64,000 nt of DNA from an uncultured Actinomycetota bacterium (lineage in GTDB: Bacteria > Actinomycetota > Actinomycetes > BP-191): the NCBI GenBank assembly GCA_963765815.1, contig CAVXXT010000008.1, forward strand, positions 178,666-242,665, written 5' to 3'. The notes beneath the pieces were generated by a model, which did no database searches, was not told the origin of the DNA, and saw only the letters and a list, made by a program, of their open reading frames with translations. Position numbers and translations under genes: made by a program. How positions within the stretch are numbered: the first letter of the stretch is position 1; the number at the start of each line of letters is the position of its first letter. This document shows positions 16,354-25,786 of this stretch, one piece after another.

Positions 16354-17265
16354 ATGGATGCGTTGCTCGCCGCGCTCGGCCGCGGACAGGACGGGGTGTT
16401 CACCCCTGACCAGGCGATGCGATACGGCGGGCTGAGCCGCGCCCAGGTGGACCGCCGGGTGAAGGCCGGCGAGTGGGTCGAGGTGCAGCCGGACGTGCTG
16501 CGCGCTGCGACGACGCCGGTGACCTTCCGCGTGCAGGCGCGCTCCGCACTGCTCTCGATCGGCGGACTGGTCGCTCTGTGCGGGCACGCCGGCGGGTACG
16601 CCGCCGACTTCCCCCGCGTCGACGAGCCGCGTCGGATCGAGCTCGCCGTCGACAGCAGTCGCGCGGACGTAGGGCTCCGCGGCGTCGACATCCGCCGCCG
16701 CCGCGGCTTCGCCCCGGAGCACGTCGTCGAGCACAACGGGCTTGCGGTGCTGGAGCGGCACCTGCTCGTGCTCGACCTGGCTCGATCGCTGAGCCGACGC
16801 GCGCTGCACGCGCTCGTGCATGACGAGCTGTTCCGGGACCGGGTCGACCCGGTGCGGCTCAATGCGGCGCGGGGTCGCGGCCGAGCGGGCTCGGCACTGC
16901 TCGGCGTCGTCTTGTCCGACATCGCCAAGAAGCACGACACGCTCGCCGAGGTCGTGGGCTGCGCGCTGTTGCGAGAGGCCGGCGTGCATGACCTCGAGCC
17001 CAACGAGTCGCCGTACCCGCACCTCACGCCTGCCGACGCGCTCATCCGTGCGGCTCGCCTGGCGATCGACATCAATGGCCCGGTGCACGCGCTGACCGCC
17101 AAGCGCCGCGTCGACGCCGCGAAGGCGGTCGACTACGCCGCCGTCGACTACCTGCTCCTACCCGCGACGAACGAGGACATCTTCCAGGGTGGGATCACCT
17201 GGGCCCGTCGGGTCTACGCGCTGGTCGAGCAGCGCCGCGCCCAGTTCGCCGGTCTCACCGGCTGA
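16354..17265 (+). CDS. AbiEi-like N-terminal HTH / DUF559-like C-terminal domain protein
   Basis: 303 aa: MDALLAALGRGQDGVFTPDQAMRYGGLSRAQVDRRVKAGEWVEV... is an AbiEi_4-type N-terminus. The C-terminal ...ADALIRAARLAIDINGPVHA...DYLLLPATNEDI is endonuclease-like. A paralogue lies at 21481-22391. Confidence 0.6.
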   Translation: MDALLAALGRGQDGVFTPDQAMRYGGLSRAQVDRRVKAGEWVEVQPDVLRAATTPVTFRVQARSALLSIGGLVALCGHAGGYAADFPRVDEPRRIELAVDSSRADVGLRGVDIRRRRGFAPEHVVEHNGLAVLERHLLVLDLARSLSRRALHALVHDELFRDRVDPVRLNAARGRGRAGSALLGVVLSDIAKKHDTLAEVVGCALLREAGVHDLEPNESPYPHLTPADALIRAARLAIDINGPVHALTAKRRVDAAKAVDYAAVDYLLLPATNEDIFQGGITWARRVYALVEQRRAQFAGLTG

Positions 17266-17279
17266 CCCGCGCCCCCCCG

Positions 17280-17334
17280 CCGATCTGTGTGTCGCGCCCG
17301 ACGGTCGGCGTGCTTGCGCTGTCGCACAGTTCGG
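17280..17334. repeat. Palindromic intergenic element, copy D (left arm degenerate)
   Basis: CCGATCTGTGTG ... GTCGCACAGTTCGG, with centre GGCGTGCTTGCGC in the same orientation as copies B and E. It starts 15 nt after the stop, after CCCGCGCCCCCCCGC. Confidence 0.55.
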
Positions 17335-17470
17335 CGAAGTGGTCACGGGCCGCTGACACTCGGCGTACCGTCAGTGACAGCCAGGCCCGACCAGTCCAGC
17401 CTGTGCTGCTGTCGGCCACAAGTCTGGGCACGCGCGCGATCTTGCGACCCATGACGGATCGAGCCCCCTG

Positions 17471-18622
17471 ATGCCCGGCTCTCGACCTGTGCTCTCCCGT
17501 TTCGTCCCGCAGATGCTCGTCGACGCGGTGCTGCTGGCGCAGATCGTGGAGGCGTCGGCCGACGCCATCTTCAGCGAGGACCTGGCCGGCCGGATCACCA
17601 GCTGGAACGCGGCCGCCGAGCGGGTCTACGGCTGCTCGGCCGAGGACATGCTCGGTCAGGCCGCCGCCGACCTGCTGCCCGACGAGACGGCCGCGCAGCT
17701 GCGCTCGTCGCACGAGCTGGCACTCGCGGGGGAGCGGATCGAGCGCTTCGACACGTGGCACCAGCGCCCGGACGGGCGCCACATCGCGGTGTCGATGACG
17801 GTGTCGCCGCTTGTCGGCACGGATGGCGAAGTTGCCGGCCTCGCGACCAGCGTGCAGGAGATCACCGACCGCATCGTGCTCAGTGCCGAGGTCGAGGACG
17901 TTCACCGCACGTTGGAGAAGCAGTACGCCGCCCTCGCTCGGTCCAACCGCGACCTCGAGCAGTTCGCCTACGTTGCGTCCCACGACCTCTCCGAGCCGCT
18001 GCGCGCGATGACCGGCTTCGTGCAGCTGCTCGAGCGGCGCTACGCCGACTCGCTCGACGAGCGAGGGACGCGCTACATCTTCCACGTCGTCGACGGGGCC
18101 GCGCGGATGCGCACCCTGATCGACGACCTGCTCGAGTACTCGCGCTTCCTGCGCAGCGACCGGCAGCGTTGCCGGGTCGACACCGGTGCGGTCGCCGATC
18201 GCGTGCTGCGTGGGATGAAGGTGGACAACGTCCGGGTCGGCGAGCTCGATGCAGTGTGGAGCGACGAGGCGTCGGTGACCGCCGTGCTGCAGAACCTCGT
18301 CAGCAACGCGCTGAAGTTCCATCGGCCGGACGAGGTCGGCGTGGTCGAGATCAGCTCGACCCGCGAAGGCGCCAGAGTCATCCTCACCGTTGACGACGAC
18401 GGGATCGGCATCGCGCCCGAGTACCGGGAGCGCGTCTTCGGGATGTTCGCCCGGCTGCACCTGCGCGAGGAGTACGCCGGCACCGGCATCGGTCTCGCCA
18501 TCGTGCAGCAGATCGCCGAACGCGGCGACGGCCGGGTGTGGGTCGAGGCGTCGCCGCTCGGCGGCAGCCGGTTCAGCATCAGCCTGCCGGCGGCACCCGC
18601 GCCGATCGTGGCCGCGGCGTGA
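17471..18622 (+). CDS. PAS-domain sensor histidine kinase (cytoplasmic)
   Basis: 383 aa. It has PAS (ADAIFSEDLAGRITSWNAAAERVYG), an H-box (FAYVASHDLSEPLR) and HATPase_c (NALKF...DDGIGI...GTGIGLAIV). Confidence 0.85.
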   Translation: MPGSRPVLSRFVPQMLVDAVLLAQIVEASADAIFSEDLAGRITSWNAAAERVYGCSAEDMLGQAAADLLPDETAAQLRSSHELALAGERIERFDTWHQRPDGRHIAVSMTVSPLVGTDGEVAGLATSVQEITDRIVLSAEVEDVHRTLEKQYAALARSNRDLEQFAYVASHDLSEPLRAMTGFVQLLERRYADSLDERGTRYIFHVVDGAARMRTLIDDLLEYSRFLRSDRQRCRVDTGAVADRVLRGMKVDNVRVGELDAVWSDEASVTAVLQNLVSNALKFHRPDEVGVVEISSTREGARVILTVDDDGIGIAPEYRERVFGMFARLHLREEYAGTGIGLAIVQQIAERGDGRVWVEASPLGGSRFSISLPAAPAPIVAAA

Positions 18623-19062
18623 ACGGCACAGCAGGGCCGACCCAGATCCTGCTCGTCGAGGACAGCCTCGCCGACATCGAGCTCACGCTGGACGCGTTGG
18701 GTGACGCGAAGGTGGCCAACGTCGTCACGGTCATCCGCGACGGCGCGTCCGCGATGGCGCACCTGCGATCCGCCGAGCACCCGCTGCCGGACCTGATCAT
18801 CCTCGACCTCAACCTGCCGAGGATGTCCGGCCTTGAGGTCCTCGCCGCAATGCGCGACGTCGAGGAGCTGCGGCGCATCCCGGTCGCGGTCCTGACGACG
18901 TCGATCCTGGACGCCGATGTCGTGCAGACCTACGAGCTGGGCGGCAACTGCTTCCTCACCAAGCCGGTGGACTTCGATGAGTTCCAGCACGTCGTCGAGG
19001 CCATCGACGACTTCTGGCTCAACACTGTCCGGCTTCCGAACACCGTACGGCTCCCGCAGTGA
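18619..19062 (+). CDS. Single-domain response regulator (receiver only)
   Basis: GTG 18619 overlaps the kinase stop (GTGA) and is frame-checked. ILLVEDSLAD...DLIILDLNLPRMSG...CFLTKP. Confidence 0.85.
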   Translation: MNGTAGPTQILLVEDSLADIELTLDALGDAKVANVVTVIRDGASAMAHLRSAEHPLPDLIILDLNLPRMSGLEVLAAMRDVEELRRIPVAVLTTSILDADVVQTYELGGNCFLTKPVDFDEFQHVVEAIDDFWLNTVRLPNTVRLPQ

Positions 19063-21411
19063 GCACCGCGACCGTCGCCGTCGATCCGACGATCGACGGA
19101 GATGCGCCGTTTCGGCTGCTGCTGATCGAGGACTCGACCGCCGACAGCGAGCTGGTGCTCGCCCTGCTCGAGGACGGACTGCCCCAGGCCACGGTCCGCG
19201 TGGTCGCGACTCTTCAGGACGCGCTCGCCGAGCTCGAGGTGAACGACTACGACGCCACGCTGGCTGATCTCTCACTGCCCGACGCCGACGGCCTGGCGGT
19301 CGTCCGCGCCGTCCGGTCCGCCCACCCCGCGACGGCACTGCTCGTGCACACCAGCCGCGTCGACGGTCGCCTCGCCCTGTGGGCGCTGGCCGAAGGGGCG
19401 CAGGACTACCTGGTGAAAGGCGCGCAGGACGGTGCGCATCTGGCCGTGTCCCTGCTCCATGCGCTGCAGCGCCAACGAGCCGAGCAGGAGAAGAACCGCT
19501 ACCTGCAGCTCGCGCGCGGTCTGCTGAACGCGTTGGAGGCAGCCACCTGCGCCGTTGACGGCGACGGCGTGATCATCGCCGCGAACGCGGCGTGGCAGGA
19601 CCTCATCGACTTCACCGAGGGTTCTGCAGCCGACTGCGGTGAGGGGAGCCAGTACGACGAGGTGTGCGGCGCCGCGATGAGGACCGTCGGGCCAGCGGCG
19701 ATCGAGGACGTGGTGCGGGGGCTGCGCGCGGTGCTCGCCCGACGCGTGGACCGCTTCCAGCTCGAGTACCCGTGCCAGGGGTCGGACGGCGCCGAGCGCT
19801 GGTTCAGCGTGCGCATCTCGCCGGGGGACCGCGACGGGGGCTTCGGCGCGGTCGTGAGTCACGTCGACGTGACCGCGATGCGGCTGGTGCAGGAGGAGCT
19901 CTCGCGGCAGACGCTGCACGACGCGCTCACCGGGCTGCCCAACCGGCTGCTCCTCACCGACCGGCTAGGGCAGGCACTGACCGACGCCGAGCGCCGCGGG
20001 TCGAAAGTGGGGGTCGGGTTCCTCGACCTCGACCACTTCAAACGGGTCAACGACAGCCTCGGGCACTCGGCCGGCGACGAGCTGCTCGTCCAGGTCGCCG
20101 CTCGGCTCTCCGCCGCGCTGCGCGCCGGTGACACGCTCGCGAGGTTCGCCGGCGACGAGTTCGTCGTCGTGTGGCGCGACCTCGCGTCGCGGGACGAGGT
20201 CGAGCTGCTCGTCGAGCGGCTTGCCCGCACGTTGGACGATCCCTTTCGGCTCGGGGAGACGTCGGTCACGGTCACGGCCAGCGTGGGTGTCGTCGTCGGC
20301 GCTGCGCCGCAGACGGTCGACGCGCTTCTCGCCGACGCCGATGCGGCGATGTACGACGCGAAGACCCACGCGCGCGGTCGGGCCCGGGTGTTCACCGACG
20401 AGATGCGCCGCGACGCCGCCGACCGGATGAGCACCGAGGTCCTCCTCCGCGCCGCGGTGCAGAAGGACGAGCTGGTGCTGCACTACCAGCCGGTCGTGGA
20501 CCTGGGCACCGGGAAGGTAGTCGGCGTTGAGGCGCTGGTCCGGTGGCAGCACCCCGAGCGAGGTCTCGTGGGCCCGGCGGAGTTCATCCCGATCGCGGAG
20601 GCGAGCGGGCTGATCGTCCCGCTCGGGCGGCTGGGTGCTCGAGCGCGCCTGCCGCGACGCCGCGGCGATCTCGGGGCCGGCGTCGTCGCTCGAGATGGCG
20701 GTCAACCTGTCGGCGTTCGAGCTGACGCAGCCGGACGTGATCAAGAACGTGCAGGACGCGCTGCGGTTCAGCGGGCTCGACCCTGCGCGGCTGCTGATCG
20801 AGGTCACCGAGTCGGCCCTGATGGAGGACGAGGAGGCGGCCGCCCTCGCCCTCGACGAGTTCGCGCGACTCGGCGTCCGCGTCGCGATCGACGACTTCGG
20901 CACCGGCTACAGCTCGCTGCTGTACCTCCGGCGTTACCCGATCCGGGCGATCAAGCTCGATCGCGCCTTCGTCAGCGGCATCGGCTCCAGCGCCGACGAC
21001 GAGGCGATCTGCAAGAGCGTGGTGAGCCTGGCCAAGGCGGTCTGCGCGATCTCGATCGCCGAAGGCGTCGAGACCGCGGAGCAGTACGCCGCACTGCGTT
21101 CCTACGGGTGCCGACTGGCGCAGGGCTACCTGTGGTCGCCCGCGGTGTGCCTCGACGACCTGGCCGAGGCAATCACCCGGTGCGAGCAGGTGCCGGTGCC
21201 CGCGCCGACGTACCGCCAGCGCAAGGCTGGTCCGACGATCGGCGTCGCGACGACGGAGCGGATCCAGAGCCTGTACGCCGACGGCGCGTCGCTGCACACG
21301 ATCGCCAACGTCCTCAACCAGGACGAGGTGCCGTGCCCGACCGGACGGCGCTGGAGCTCCAGCAGCGTGGCGCTGCTCTACTCGAACGCCGGCGCCGCGG
21401 CACCGTCATAG
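19059..21411 (+). pseudogene. REC-PAS-GGDEF-EAL c-di-GMP protein, frameshifted within the EAL domain near 20628-20632, with a recombinase-like C-terminal tail
   Basis: Frame 1 reads REC (LLLIEDSTAD), PAS, GGDEF (RFAGDEFVV) and the EAL start (EALVRWQHP...IVPLGR). The sequence continues in the frame of ORF 20635-21411 (WVLERACRDAA...IEVTESAL...AIDDFGTGYSS). An extra G sits in a short G run. Confidence 0.7.
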
Positions 21412-21424
21412 CCCGCCCCACCGC

Positions 21425-21477
21425 CGAACTGCGCGACCGGCTGAGCACAACGACCGCTACCCCCGCCGCGCAGTTCG
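21425..21477. repeat. Palindromic intergenic element, copy F (arms CGAACTGCGCG / CGCGCAGTTCG)
   Basis: Perfect 11-bp arms lie at 21425-35 and 21467-77. The centre GGCTGAGCACAACGACCGCTACC is the reverse complement of the copy B centre. It sits between convergent gene ends. Confidence 0.7.
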
Positions 21478-21480
21478 AGG

Positions 21481-22391
21481 TCAGGCGGACTCGTCACGGA
21501 ACTGCGCCCGACGGCCATCGGCCAGAGCGGCGATGCGGCGGGCCCACCTGAGCCCGCCGACGAACACCTCCTCGTTGGTCACCGGCAGCAGGAGGTGCTC
21601 GGCGTTGGCGTAGTCGAGAGCTTTCGCCGCGTCGGTACGCCGCTTCGCCGCTGTCGAGTGGACCGACCCGTTGATGTCGAGGGCCAGCCGGGCAGCGCGG
21701 ATCAGGGCGTCGGCGGGCGTGAGCCACGGCTCGGGCGCCGCATTCGGCTCGAGGTCGTGGATGCCCACTTCCCGCAGCAGCGCGCAGCCGACGACCTCCG
21801 CGACGGTGTCGTGCTTGTTCGCGTAGTCGAGGAGGACCCGACCGAGGAGCGCGGAGCCCTCGCGGCCGCGGCGGCGTACCGAGTTGAGCCGCACCGGTTC
21901 GATCCGGTGGTGGAAGGCCTCGTCCTGGACGAGGGTGTGCAGTGCGGTTCGCGACAAGGTGCGGGCCAGATCGAGGACGAGCAGATGGCGTTCGAGGACC
22001 TCGATCCGTTGTGCTCGACGACGTGCGACTCGACGAAGCCGCGGCGGCGGCGGATGGTCACTCCGGGCAGGCCGATGTCCTCCCGGCCGATCGCGACCGC
22101 GACCTCGATGACGTCGGGCTCGCCGAACCTCGCCATCCCGCTCGCCCACGCGCCGGTGCGCCCGCACAGCGCGACGACGCCGCCGACCGCGAAGAGGGCG
22201 GCCCGCGCGCGCAGCCGAGCTGTGACCGGGGTGGTGGCGGCGCGCAGGACGCCTTCGTAGATCTCGACGAGCTCACCCGCGGCGATCCGACGTGAGACCT
22301 GCCACGCCGTGAGGCCGCCGTACTTCATCGCCTGCTCGCGGAGGAACACGCCGTCCTGTCCTCGGCCGAGGCGCGCCAGCGTTGGGTCCAT
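21481..22391 (-). pseudogene. AbiEi/DUF559-like paralogue, frameshifted near 22006
   Basis: The N-terminal part MDPTLARLGRGQDGVFLREQAMKYGG...SHVVEHNG (frame of ORF 21702-22541, ATG 22391) continues as IEVLERHLLVLDLART... in the frame of ORF 21481-22167. There is a one-base deficit in a G/C run relative to the intact copy. Confidence 0.65.
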
Positions 22392-22461
22392 CCACACAGA
22401 TTGCGGCCGGCCCGGGAGCCGCAGGCACTCGCGAGCCGACTCTGTGGACATCGCGCCCGCC

Positions 22462-22516
22462 CGCGAACTGAGCGGCGCGGGTAGCGCTGCGCGTGCTTGC
22501 GCCGTCGCGCAGTTCG
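22462..22516. repeat. Palindromic intergenic element, copy E
   Basis: CGCGAACTGAGCG (22462-74) ... CGCGCAGTTCG (22506-16). The centre GGTAGCGCTGCGCGTGCTTGCGCC is nearly identical to copy B. It is preceded by GCGCCCGCCCG. Confidence 0.7.
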
Positions 22517-22519
22517 GGT

Positions 22520-22837
22520 TTGGGGCCCGAACAGCAGACAACCCCCGGGCGCTTCCTCGTCGCGCCGACCAGATGGTCGGAGCGGGAGGGCCGGCTGGAC
22601 GAGTGCCGGCGCCCGGGGGTGCGGTGTCTGCCTTGGTCTCCGCCGAACGCCAGAAGGGCGCAACAGCAAGATCCGTCAGGCCTTGGTCTGGCGGCTAGCG
22701 GGCAGCCACCTCACGTGTCCTGGCTCTATGCATTAACCGGACCACCTCCTCTCGCGTGTACGACCACGGTAAGCGCGGTTTCCGCTCCCCGCAATGCGAA
22801 TAAGGACTATCAGCGGGTGGTCTTAGGCTTCTGACCC
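22520..22837. other. Non-coding, lower-GC, highly structured region (ncRNA or leader candidate; strand unknown)
   Basis: No credible ORF. A three-tier hairpin spans 22535-22630: CAGACA/TGTCTG, CCCCCGGGCGC/GCGCCCGGGGG, CTCGTC/GACGAG and CCGACC-agat-GGTCGG. GCCTTGGTCT is repeated at 22630 and 22680. Confidence 0.25.
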
Positions 22838-23515
22838 ATGGGCCATCCCGCGCGCGCGCTCGTCGTGCGTCGTACGACGCTGGGTGTGCGCGAGGCGCTG
22901 CGATCGTTGCGCGCAGAGCTGGCGATCCAGAGGCGGCATCGGGCCAGCATGAAGCGCGCGGCCGAGGTCGCAGCGCGGCACCCGGAGCTGCGGCTGCACC
23001 TCGGCTGTGGCCCCAACGTGAAGCAGGGCTGGGTGAACATCGACCTCGACGACCGCGCCGATCTGCAGCTCGACGTGCGCGAGCCGCTGCCCTTCACCGA
23101 CGGGTCGGTGGCCAAGGTCTACAGCGAGCACTTCCTCGAGCACCTCGCCTACCCGGGCGAGCTGGAGCGGGTGCTCGCCGAGATCCGGCGAGTGCTGCGG
23201 CCAGGCGGTGTGATCAGCACCGGCGTACCGCGGGTGGAGAACGCGCTGCGCGACTACGTCAACGGCGAGACCACGTGGTTCGACAACGTGCGGTCGCAGG
23301 GCCAGCACCCGACCTGGTGCACGACGCGCATCGACAACGTCAACTACGTCTTCCACCAGGCCGGCGAGCACAAGTACGCCTACGACCTCGAGACCCTCAC
23401 GCGCCGGCTGACCGACGCGGGCTTCGTCGACGTGCACGAGCGGGCGTTCGACCCAGACCTCGACGACCCCAAGCGCCCAGGAACGCTGTACGTCGACGCA
23501 ATCAAGCCATCCTGA
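22838..23515 (+). CDS. Class I SAM-dependent methyltransferase
   Basis: 225 aa. LHLGCGPNVKQGWVNIDL (motif I), ...VYSEHFLEHL..., LRPGGVIS. The start codon is uncertain and there is no SD. Confidence 0.75.
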   Translation: MGHPARALVVRRTTLGVREALRSLRAELAIQRRHRASMKRAAEVAARHPELRLHLGCGPNVKQGWVNIDLDDRADLQLDVREPLPFTDGSVAKVYSEHFLEHLAYPGELERVLAEIRRVLRPGGVISTGVPRVENALRDYVNGETTWFDNVRSQGQHPTWCTTRIDNVNYVFHQAGEHKYAYDLETLTRRLTDAGFVDVHERAFDPDLDDPKRPGTLYVDAIKPS

Positions 23516-23522
23516 GAGCTGG

Positions 23523-23867
23523 CTAGCGCAGCACCGAAACGCCCTCGTCGGAAAGTCGGTAGGCGACCGCATCGACAGTGGGAGCCGTGTGCTCGTCCCA
23601 ACTCGGAGTGAAGCCGCCGGCGGCGTGGATCGCGGTCCTGATGCTGCTCGTCGCGATGCCCCACGCCGCGCGTTCGTCGTCCTCCCTGACCGTGATGGCG
23701 ATGTCTACCTCGCTGGTGGAGTCCAGGTCGGAGAATCCCCAGCCGCAGTCGAGAAGATCGTCGTGCTGTCGTTCGAGGGAGCCGTATCGGTCGACGACGC
23801 GCTCGAAGTGGGCGGCACGGTCCGGGCCGACCACGGTCAGCCTTACCGTCACGGAGTAGGTCGTCAT
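23523..23867 (-). CDS. Hypothetical protein
   Basis: ATG 23867 follows AGAGG (the track ORF begins at 23909). 114 aa: MTTYSVTVRLTVVGPDRAAHFERVV... No family was recognised. Confidence 0.45.
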   Translation of the reverse strand: MTTYSVTVRLTVVGPDRAAHFERVVDRYGSLERQHDDLLDCGWGFSDLDSTSEVDIAITVREDDERAAWGIATSSIRTAIHAAGGFTPSWDEHTAPTVDAVAYRLSDEGVSVLR

Positions 23868-24004
23868 CCTCTGTTGCCCTTCGCCGTGCACGAGCAGCGC
23901 TCTACCCAACGCCTCAACTCAATGTAGTAGTTCGGATTCGACGGAGTGTCGTGGATCGACACGCGCCGTGGCTTTGCCGCCGGCCTGCCCGACCGGGCTC
24001 GACA

Positions 24005-25786
24005 TCAATCGGGGAGGGTGACCTTCTCCGGTACGGCGAGGGGCTGGACGCGGTAGCGGATCCGTCCCGGCGCGTCTCGCAGCGTCACGACGATCGTGTG
24101 TGTCACGCCGGGCTCGAGGTCCAGGTCAACCGTGACGAACGGGTGGGTCGCCTCGACGCCGGAGGTGAAGCGCGCGGCCTTGCCGTCGATGGTCACGGTG
24201 GAGAACGTGGCGGACGGTCCGGCGTAGACGCTCACCAGCTCGCGCGTCGAGCCCAGCACCGCGGCAGCGCGATGGTCGTCGAGGCGCAGGGTCTGCGTCG
24301 GCGACAGCGAGCTCACCGCGGGCGGTCGGTTGGTGAGTCGGACGGTCACCGATGTCTCGTCCGCAGCGCGAGCGACGGCGACGTCTCGACGGATGAACGC
24401 GTCCATCTTCCCGCCGCCGATGTTCTGCGTGGTGACCTGCACGAAGGGCCCGGTGCGCGGAAGCACGCTGCCGATCGCGGTCTCGTCGAGGAGGCGCTGC
24501 TCGTCGGCATGTGTGCTGGCGAGCTGGAAGTCGCCGGCCTTCAGGCCACCGGCCGCGATCGACTGCAGGTCGTTGAGCGAGAGCTTCGCGGAGATGAGCT
24601 TGTCGAGCGCCTTCTCGGCCAGCTCGGCGTTGGCGGCCTTGCGGGCCGGGTTGCTCTCGGCGAACTGGGAGTACTGCTCCACCTGCATGTAGTGCTCGGC
24701 GTTGGCACCGGTCACCGTCGTCCCGTCCGAGAGCCGCACCGGACCGGTCTCCGTGAGGATCCGTCCGATCGCGCGCGGGTTGAGCCCGAGCACGGCGTCG
24801 ACCCGCTGACCGGTCTGCGCGGTCCACAGCGTCGCCATGCGTGAGCTGGCGATGAGCCAGTCGGGCGTCGCGTTGGATCCTGCCCAGGTCTGCATCGCGG
24901 CCGTGCGGCCGGCACCGCCTGCGGCGAGCTGGGCGTACACCAGCTCGAAGCCGGTCAGGTCGAAGTTGCCGGTCGATGGGGTGAACCGCGCGAGGTCGCG
25001 GTTGATGCCGCTGCGTACGACGTCGATTCGGCCCTTGTCGACCTGGGCGATCGCGTAGCCGGTGACCAGCCCGCCGGTGGCGCGCGCCTCGGCCGGGTTC
25101 TGCACGGCGATGACATACGTCCGTACGCCGTCCGCCCCGAGCATCGGCACCGCGAGCCGCAGCGCGCGGTCTGCCTGGTCCATGCGCGTCCGCAGCCGGC
25201 CGACCTCGCGCAGCAGGTCCGACCGCCCTTGCCGCAGCGTCCCCAGCAGACCGCCGGAGGACATCCCCTCGAGGCGGGACTGGGCCGCGCGCCCGGCCGC
25301 CGCGGCGCGCGTCACCTGGGTGTGCAGCGAGCGGATCGCCGGCAGGTCGACCACTCCCGACTCGAACGGCGGGTCGTCCTCGACGTCGGCGAGCGCGTTG
25401 GACGCGGGGCCGAGCGCGTCGGTGGCGAGGTCGTCGACGACCCCGGTCAGGGTGCGCACCGCCGAGATCTGCCGGCCGAGCAGCGGCACCCTCGACGAGA
25501 TCTTCCAAAGGACACCCGACGTCGCGTCGTGCGCTGACGCCGCCCGCTTCGTGAGCTGCGCGACGTGGTCGCGCGCTCCCGCGATGTCGCCGTCGTCGAG
25601 GTCGCGCTCGAGGATGCGCGCGACCCGCCGGGCCTCCTCCAGGTCGCGTTTCGCGGTCAGCGCGTCGCGCAGGAACAGGCCGCCGACGACGAGTACGACG
25701 GCACCGACCCCGATGCCGATCTGCCGGCGCCGCTTGCGCCGGCCGGCCTTGTTGAGCTTTCCCCGCTTCGAGGAGCGCTCCGTCAC
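24005..25786 (-). CDS. DUF4012 domain membrane protein (polysaccharide-locus associated)
   Basis: GTG 25786 overlaps the upstream stop (GTGA) and is frame-checked. It has an N-terminal basic region plus a TM helix. MLGADGVRTYVIAVQNPAEARATGGLVTGYAIAQVDKGRI matches the DUF4012 core. Confidence 0.75.
   Translation of the reverse strand: MTERSSKRGKLNKAGRRKRRRQIGIGVGAVVLVVGGLFLRDALTAKRDLEEARRVARILERDLDDGDIAGARDHVAQLTKRAASAHDATSGVLWKISSRVPLLGRQISAVRTLTGVVDDLATDALGPASNALADVEDDPPFESGVVDLPAIRSLHTQVTRAAAAGRAAQSRLEGMSSGGLLGTLRQGRSDLLREVGRLRTRMDQADRALRLAVPMLGADGVRTYVIAVQNPAEARATGGLVTGYAIAQVDKGRIDVVRSGINRDLARFTPSTGNFDLTGFELVYAQLAAGGAGRTAAMQTWAGSNATPDWLIASSRMATLWTAQTGQRVDAVLGLNPRAIGRILTETGPVRLSDGTTVTGANAEHYMQVEQYSQFAESNPARKAANAELAEKALDKLISAKLSLNDLQSIAAGGLKAGDFQLASTHADEQRLLDETAIGSVLPRTGPFVQVTTQNIGGGKMDAFIRRDVAVARAADETSVTVRLTNRPPAVSSLSPTQTLRLDDHRAAAVLGSTRELVSVYAGPSATFSTVTIDGKAARFTSGVEATHPFVTVDLDLEPGVTHTIVVTLRDAPGRIRYRVQPLAVPEKVTLPD

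Noticed and set aside
16223-17334. The palindromic elements as integron attC sites flanking a gene cassette
   Set aside because: The ends only loosely resemble RYYYAAC/GTTRRRY (copy A has GCCTAAC ... GTTCGCC). No integron integrase or attI is present. The elements flank genes in mirrored rather than uniform orientation, and one sits in the paaI/paaA divergent promoter region.
22698-22760. Minus-strand 12-codon mini-ORF (MHRARTREVAAR) behind a very strong SD-like GAGGAGGTG
   Set aside because: It is too short and compositionally unremarkable. The SD-like string may simply be part of the structured non-coding region. It is kept only as a note within the ncRNA/leader finding.
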